The notes below the pieces were generated by a model, which saw nothing but the letters and a program-made list of their open reading frames with translations, was not told the DNA's origin and searched no databases. Of a stretch of 64,000 bases of DNA, positions 58,784-64,000 are shown piece after piece. The position numbers and the translations under genes are program-made. The stretch comes from an uncultured Gammaproteobacteria bacterium (lineage in GTDB: Bacteria > Patescibacteriota > Microgenomatia > UBA10105 > UBA927). Within the stretch, counting starts at the first letter, position 1, and every line of letters starts with the position of its first letter. The DNA lies in the NCBI GenBank assembly GCA_964629685.1, contig CAZVTT010000001.1:449319-513318 (forward strand). Reading direction: 5' to 3'.

Positions 58784-60511
58784 ATGGTATTACTTATCGT
58801 TTTTGCATTTTTAGCAGGGGTCGTGACGATCCTGTCTCCGTGTATTTTGCCGATACTCCCGATAATATTATCTTCGTCGGTCGATTCGTCCGGTAAGCGT
58901 AGACCGTTTGGTGTAGTTACCGGGTTTGTTGTAAGCTTTACTTTTTTTACATTGTTTCTTTCAACGATTGTAAAATTTAGCGGCATTCCTGCTGAATCTC
59001 TCAGATATTTATCCATTGTGTTATTAATTCTTTTTGGATTAAGTCTTTTTGTTCCAGGATTACAGCTATTTGTTGAAACTATTTTGAGCAAGCTAACATC
59101 ACATGTCCCACACGGGAAGAAACGAGATGGGTTTGCCGGAGGTATTCTGGTAGGATTATCGCTTGGCCTATTGTGGACACCGTGTGTGGGTCCCATTTTG
59201 GCTTCCGTTATAAGTTTGGCGTTATCCGGCAGTGTTAACTCTCAGGCAGTGTTAATTACCGTTGCCTATTCACTGGGAACGGCTATTCCTATGTTTATCA
59301 TCATGCAATCGGGGGCCACGGCGTTAAAGAACGTACCCTGGTTACTGAAAAATACTGCTAATATACAAAAAATATTTGGTTTCGTCATGGTTATCACAGC
59401 CACAGGAATATTCTTTAATATCGATCGGCAATTTCAAACATTTATTATCACTAAATTCCCCCAATATGGTACAGGTCTGACTGCATTAGAAGATAATGAT
59501 CTGGTAAAGAATGCGATTACCCGGATAACTCAGCAGCCCGTGAATTCTTCTCTGCTCGGCAAGCCAATGCCGGAAAATTCGCAACCGAAAGGACCGTTAG
59601 CATCGGAGATTATTCCCGGAGGAGAATGGTTTAATACTCCCGGAGGCTCGGCTTTAACGGTAGCCGAATTAAAAGGCAAAGTAGTACTTATAGATTTTTG
59701 GACATATAGCTGTATAAATTGTCAGCGGACATTACCGTATTTACGGCAATGGTGGGAGAAATATAAAAATAACGGATTGATGATTATAGGTGTACATGCT
59801 CCGGAATTTGAATTTGAGAAAAATGCAAAAAATGTACAGCAGGCAATCCATGATTTTTCCATAACCTATCCGGTAGTGCAGGATAATAATTTTGCCACTT
59901 GGCGGGCATATAATAACCGGTATTGGCCAGCAAAATATTTAATAGATAAGGACGGATACGTCCGTTATACCCATTTCGGTGAGGGTGAGTATGATGCTAC
60001 GGAAAAGGTAATCCAACAACTGCTGAAAGAAGCCGGTGAAAATGTTAACACGCAAGTAAACAATCCGAAATACTCTATTTATTCGGCAACTCCTGAAACA
60101 TATTTGGGATATGCAAGGATAGATAATTTTGCTTCCCCGGAGCGTATTGTTCCGGATACGAGTATGACGTATACATTGCCCAAAAATTTAGCCTCCAATC
60201 ACGTAGCTTTTTCCGGTACTTGGGAAATTATGGAAGAATATGCTAATCCGCAACCTGGTGCTGGCCTTTCATTTAATTTTGAATCCCGGGAAGTTTTTTT
60301 GGTAATGAAACCTAAGAAAACGACTGCACGAGTCAGGGTATATGTGGATAATACAATGCAGTATTTTGGGGAAGATACTATAGACGGTACGGTTACGGTA
60401 AACGCTGATAGGCTGTATAGAATTATCTCTCTGCCATCTCCCGGAAAACATATTTTACGGTTAGAATTTCCCGATGGTGAAGTGGAATTATTTGCATTTA
60501 CTTTCGGATAG
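58784..60511 (+). CDS. dipZ: DipZ (CcdA + thioredoxin + beta-sandwich domain)
   Basis: LSPCILP, WTPCVGP, DFWTYSCINC, TPETYLG, FTFG terminus. Confidence 0.9.
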   Translation: MVLLIVFAFLAGVVTILSPCILPILPIILSSSVDSSGKRRPFGVVTGFVVSFTFFTLFLSTIVKFSGIPAESLRYLSIVLLILFGLSLFVPGLQLFVETILSKLTSHVPHGKKRDGFAGGILVGLSLGLLWTPCVGPILASVISLALSGSVNSQAVLITVAYSLGTAIPMFIIMQSGATALKNVPWLLKNTANIQKIFGFVMVITATGIFFNIDRQFQTFIITKFPQYGTGLTALEDNDLVKNAITRITQQPVNSSLLGKPMPENSQPKGPLASEIIPGGEWFNTPGGSALTVAELKGKVVLIDFWTYSCINCQRTLPYLRQWWEKYKNNGLMIIGVHAPEFEFEKNAKNVQQAIHDFSITYPVVQDNNFATWRAYNNRYWPAKYLIDKDGYVRYTHFGEGEYDATEKVIQQLLKEAGENVNTQVNNPKYSIYSATPETYLGYARIDNFASPERIVPDTSMTYTLPKNLASNHVAFSGTWEIMEEYANPQPGAGLSFNFESREVFLVMKPKKTTARVRVYVDNTMQYFGEDTIDGTVTVNADRLYRIISLPSPGKHILRLEFPDGEVELFAFTFG

Positions 60512-60634
60512 CTTCCTGATGCGTTAGATTTGTAAGAATTCTTACAGTTTATTGGTTCGTTTTCTATTTAAATCTTTCAAAGAAGCGAAACCTATTTCAG
60601 CAAATCTTCAGATGGATTGCGTATCATTATGCGT

Positions 60635-61033
60635 ATGAAAACAAATATTTTAGGCGGAATAATTATTAGTATAGTATTGCTGATAGCCGGTTTAGCGCTC
60701 GTGTTTTATCCTAAATCTTCCCCAACTCAGTCCACAACTGCAGTTTCTACTCAAACCGTAAGTCCTACAGCTTCGGTTATTACCCCGGAATCCGGAATGC
60801 AGATATATTCTGAAGCTCAGGTGTCGGCACATAATTCCAGCCAAAGCTGTTGGAGCATTATTGAAGGCAAAGTATATGATCTGACGGCCTACATTCCCCG
60901 TCATAAAGGTGGTCCTGAAAAAATAATAGCTATTTGCGGAAAAGACGGAACGGCAGAATTTAGCGAAGAACATGACGGAAAACAGAAACCGGCAATTGAA
61001 TTAGCCAAAATGTACCTCGGCGATTTACAGTAA
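60635..61033 (+). CDS. Cytochrome b5-like heme/steroid-binding protein
   Basis: HNS..SCW..I.GKVYDLT..HKGG..CGKDGT..F...H. Confidence 0.85.
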   Translation: MKTNILGGIIISIVLLIAGLALVFYPKSSPTQSTTAVSTQTVSPTASVITPESGMQIYSEAQVSAHNSSQSCWSIIEGKVYDLTAYIPRHKGGPEKIIAICGKDGTAEFSEEHDGKQKPAIELAKMYLGDLQ

Positions 61034-61080
61034 CTGAAAACAACTTCCGGCAAACAAAGTGTAACATATCTAACAGATTA

Positions 61081-61102
61081 TATATTAGAAAATGCTAATA
61101 TA
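61081..61102. promoter_or_regulatory. Putative ArsR operator
   Basis: TATATTAG-N6-CTAATATA directly upstream of the ArsR gene. Confidence 0.65.
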
Positions 61103-61107
61103 AAAAA

Positions 61108-61374
61108 ATGTCTGATAACATTTATTCAGCGTTAGGAAACAAAACCAGAACTAAACTGGTGTTATGTTTAGCGCAAAAGTCAAAAAATGTCAGTGAACTT
61201 ATTGCTACCTGTGGGTTAGCTCAGTCTGCGGTATCTCAGCATTTATCCAAATTAAAACAATCAGGTTTAGTAAGTGCCAAAAAACAAGGAAAAGAAGTTT
61301 GGTATTCGTTAAGGTTTTCCAAGGCGGCTACTATTTGTAAATTATTTCTGGTGTTAGAACAGGAGGCAAAATGA
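61108..61374 (+). CDS. ArsR/SmtB-family regulator
   Basis: QSAVSQHLSKLK..GLV, GKEVWYSL. Confidence 0.9.
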   Translation: MSDNIYSALGNKTRTKLVLCLAQKSKNVSELIATCGLAQSAVSQHLSKLKQSGLVSAKKQGKEVWYSLRFSKAATICKLFLVLEQEAK

Positions 61375-61994
61375 ATCTAGCATATTTTCGGAAAAGTACG
61401 GTAGATAAAGAAACGGCGGTAACACGGGTTAAATCACAAGCAAAAAAAGTAGGTTTAACGGTATTAGGAGAAACCGCAATTTCCGGCGGTAAACATACCG
61501 TAATTCATGTAAGTAATCCTATCTGGTTCGGTAATCTGCTGGCAGCAGATAATAATTTGGTTGGACTGCTTCCAACAGCCGTAACCGTAATGGAAAAAAA
61601 TAGTGAGGTGCTGGTGGGAGTAGGAAGTGCGGCGGTATTGGGCGGAGTTACACAGGATCCCGCAATCCAGAAATTAGCCGGCGAAATAGAACAGGTATAT
61701 AAAGAGCTGGTCCATCATGCCGCTGGTGTGGGACCCCGGAAACCTGAGGGAATTAAATTGTACTCAACCACCACCTGTCCGTACTGTAAAATGGAAGCCT
61801 CATGGTTAGACAGTCACAAAGTAAAGTACTCTGAGGTAAAAGTAGATACAAATCAGTCGGAAGCGGATGAAATGGTGAAAAAAACAGGGCAAATGGGTGT
61901 TCCGGTAACGGAAGTACGATATGAGGACGGAGAGGAAGAATACATTGTGGGATTTGATCAACGGAAATTAGCACAAATATTAGGCATTGTTTAA
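61371..61994 (+). CDS. DUF302-like + glutaredoxin fusion
   Basis: N-terminal DUF302-like (GLLP); YST.TCPYC, GQMGVPV, IVGFD. Confidence 0.78.
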   Translation: MNLAYFRKSTVDKETAVTRVKSQAKKVGLTVLGETAISGGKHTVIHVSNPIWFGNLLAADNNLVGLLPTAVTVMEKNSEVLVGVGSAAVLGGVTQDPAIQKLAGEIEQVYKELVHHAAGVGPRKPEGIKLYSTTTCPYCKMEASWLDSHKVKYSEVKVDTNQSEADEMVKKTGQMGVPVTEVRYEDGEEEYIVGFDQRKLAQILGIV

Positions 61995-62004
61995 AACAAA
62001 GTAT

Positions 62005-62223
62005 ATGAAAATAGCTAAAAATGTGGGTGAGTCAGACAGGACAATCCGAGGGGTGATAGGTATTGTGCTCATGGCTGTAGCATTACTTGGACTACAGGGT
62101 GGATTGCAGATTCTGGTTGGTACTATCGGAGTAGTTGTTCTGATAACGGGGTTAGTGGGGTATTGCGGTATATATACGCTTTTAGGAATTCAGTCTTGTC
62201 CGATTCAGAAGAAAGGAAAATAA
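62005..62223 (+). CDS. DUF2892 (YgaP-like) membrane protein
   Basis: KNVG..DR..R, GYCGIY.LLGI.SC. Confidence 0.88.
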   Translation: MKIAKNVGESDRTIRGVIGIVLMAVALLGLQGGLQILVGTIGVVVLITGLVGYCGIYTLLGIQSCPIQKKGK

Positions 62224-62225
62224 TC

Positions 62226-62561
62226 GTGTCAGACATAAATCAGGTAATACCGGAAGTTACGGTTGAAGAAGTAAAGCGTGCAATGGATGTTAAAGAATCG
62301 TTTATTCTTCTGGATGTCAGAACTGCCGGTGAATTTGCACGCGGAGCCTTAAAAGGAAGTGTTAATGTACCGGTTGATGAGGTGGAACGGAGAATTTTAA
62401 CCGTCATACCGGATTTACATGCTAAAGTGTATGTGTATTGTCTAAGCGGATCACGTAGTACATACGCTGTCGGTGAAATGCTGAAATTGGGTTATACCCA
62501 GGTGTTTGATGTTTCTCACGGATTACTAGCCTGGAGAGTAAAAGGGTATCAGGTAGGCTAG
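62226..62561 (+). CDS. Rhodanese-domain sulfurtransferase
   Basis: LLDVRT..EF, YCLSGSRS, GLLAW; GTG start after AAAGGA. Confidence 0.88.
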   Translation: MSDINQVIPEVTVEEVKRAMDVKESFILLDVRTAGEFARGALKGSVNVPVDEVERRILTVIPDLHAKVYVYCLSGSRSTYAVGEMLKLGYTQVFDVSHGLLAWRVKGYQVG

Positions 62562-63134
62562 TTACACCTGATTATACCGAAAGCAGGAAACGACATGGTC
62601 GTTAACTATTCCTACTGCCTGCATAAATGCATAACAGATAGTGGGGCCCACAAATTTAAATCCATGGTCCAATAAATCTTTACTCATTTTTTCTGCAATT
62701 TCCGTTTTGGCGGGTATTTCCTGAAGTGATTTGAATGCATGTTTTATGGTTTTTCCATCCGTAAAATTCCAAATATATGTATCAAAACTACCGAATTGTC
62801 GTTGTATTGTTATAAATGACTGTGCGTTACGGATGGTTGCCGCGATTTTGAGTTTATTTCTGATAATTCCCGGATCTGCCAATAATCTGGCAGTATCTGT
62901 TGCGTCGTACCGGGATATTTTTTCAGCGCTAAAGTTATCGAACACCTTTCGGTAATGCTTTCGTTTATGAAGAACGGTGGACCAAGATAGTCCCGCCTGG
63001 GCGCCTTCCAATATAAGCATTTCAAACAGTTTCTGGTCGTGGTGTTCGGGAACTCCCCACTCCAAATCATGGTAGTCAATATATTGTTGGTCCCCGCCGG
63101 ACCAACTGCAGCGAATTACGGTATTTTCCGTCAT
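62562..63134 (-). CDS. tag: DNA-3-methyladenine glycosylase I
   Basis: RC.W, YHDLEWG, LEGAQAGLSW, GFKFVGP, NDH...C. Confidence 0.95.
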   Translation of the reverse strand: MTENTVIRCSWSGGDQQYIDYHDLEWGVPEHHDQKLFEMLILEGAQAGLSWSTVLHKRKHYRKVFDNFSAEKISRYDATDTARLLADPGIIRNKLKIAATIRNAQSFITIQRQFGSFDTYIWNFTDGKTIKHAFKSLQEIPAKTEIAEKMSKDLLDHGFKFVGPTICYAFMQAVGIVNDHVVSCFRYNQV

Positions 63135-63172
63135 AGGTATAACCTTTTGTTATGTGACATACTACTATATAT

Positions 63173-64000
63173 ATGATAGAAATCCTATTTGTCTATCTCT
63201 TATCTTTCATTGTTATCTGGTTCGGTGCAGGTTTAATTATTTCTGCTGTAGATATACTTTCCAAAAATTTACGTATTTCCCGTTTTGCCTTGTCGTTTGT
63301 GGTACTAGGGCTATTAACGTCTATACCTGAGTTTGCAGTCGGATTGACCGCTATACACGAACGAACTCCGGAAATTTTTGTGGGCAACCTGCTTGGCGGA
63401 ATTCCGGTTATATTTCTGTTTGTTATACCGGTGTTGGCGATTCTGGGAAATGGTATCCGAATTAATCATGAATTTAACGGATGGAAAATGCCGCTTACGT
63501 TTGCGGCGATAATTATTCCTTCCCTGCTTGTTCTGGACGGTTCTGTAAATAATGCTGAAGGTATCGTAATGATCCTTATGTATTTTATATCGTTAGCGCT
63601 GATAGAAAATAAAAATCGCAAGAACGTATTAAAATCTCCGCAAAAAAAGACTCAGACCATTAAATTGGGTATGCTGTTTCTGAAAGCAGTAATCGGAGTA
63701 ATTCTTATATATGGATCAAGTCAGATTATTGTAAGCAGAACAATTTATCTGGCAAAAGTTCTGCAGGTTTCTTCTTTTTACATAAGTTTGATTGGTGTTT
63801 CTTTGGGAACAAACTTACCAGAGCTGTCTTTAGCAATAAGATCTATTTTGCAGAAGAAGAAAGATATAGCCTTCGGGGATTATATGGGTTCGGCTGCTGC
63901 CAATACGTTGTTATTCGGAGTATTTACGCTAGTAAACCATGGGGAATCATTTAAAGTGGGAAACTTCGTATTTACTTTTCTTATAATTCTAACGGGACTA
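63173..64000 (+). CDS. Ca2+/Na+ antiporter (CaCA/YrbG-like), 3'-truncated; not in ORF track
   Basis: MIEILFVYLLSF...; alpha repeats LTSIPE and GTNLPE. Confidence 0.85.
   Translation, partial: MIEILFVYLLSFIVIWFGAGLIISAVDILSKNLRISRFALSFVVLGLLTSIPEFAVGLTAIHERTPEIFVGNLLGGIPVIFLFVIPVLAILGNGIRINHEFNGWKMPLTFAAIIIPSLLVLDGSVNNAEGIVMILMYFISLALIENKNRKNVLKSPQKKTQTIKLGMLFLKAVIGVILIYGSSQIIVSRTIYLAKVLQVSSFYISLIGVSLGTNLPELSLAIRSILQKKKDIAFGDYMGSAAANTLLFGVFTLVNHGESFKVGNFVFTFLIILTGL

Noticed and set aside
2270-63387. Numerous antisense or nested ORFs in the track (e.g. 2270..2851, 41418..41882, 58056..58484, 63193..63387)
   Set aside because: Shadow frames of well-supported genes on the other strand or frame
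1-64000. Alternative genetic code (TGA=Gly as in Gracilibacteria/SR1)
   Set aside because: Conserved genes end at TGA at expected positions (663, 25982, 31304) and have no in-frame TGA

Overview
About 64 kb of bacterial DNA using the standard genetic code (TGA acts as stop). Gene content points to a Patescibacteria/CPR genome, probably Microgenomates (inference): type IV pilus/competence locus, Pro/Thr-rich surface proteins, DUF3048/DUF4446/DUF5666, TRAM-less MiaB and pervasive leaderless genes. Housekeeping genes: miaB, miaA, rnpB (not in the ORF track), comM, secDF, cca, recJ, gltX, mntRH, era, mutY and tRNA-Gln(CTG). An accessory stress/redox region follows the tRNA. Three things stand out. 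(1) A coupled MIO ammonia-lyase + PaaK-like ligase + cysteine-less ThiF cassette lies directly upstream of a membrane sensor kinase, a receiver protein and pilB/pilC, and is a candidate small-molecule signalling system controlling pili. (2) Two tandem minus-strand units at 35.3-36.9 kb have unrelated sequence but the same architecture: leader-peptide attenuator, identical boxA-like 11-mer, long stem, SD-led orphan ORF and three 3' hairpins. (3) A ~350-bp GIY-YIG mini-element sits in the tRNA-Gln 3' end with inverted repeats and a 13-bp duplication, followed by cassette-like repeats. All calls are by eye; no searches were run.
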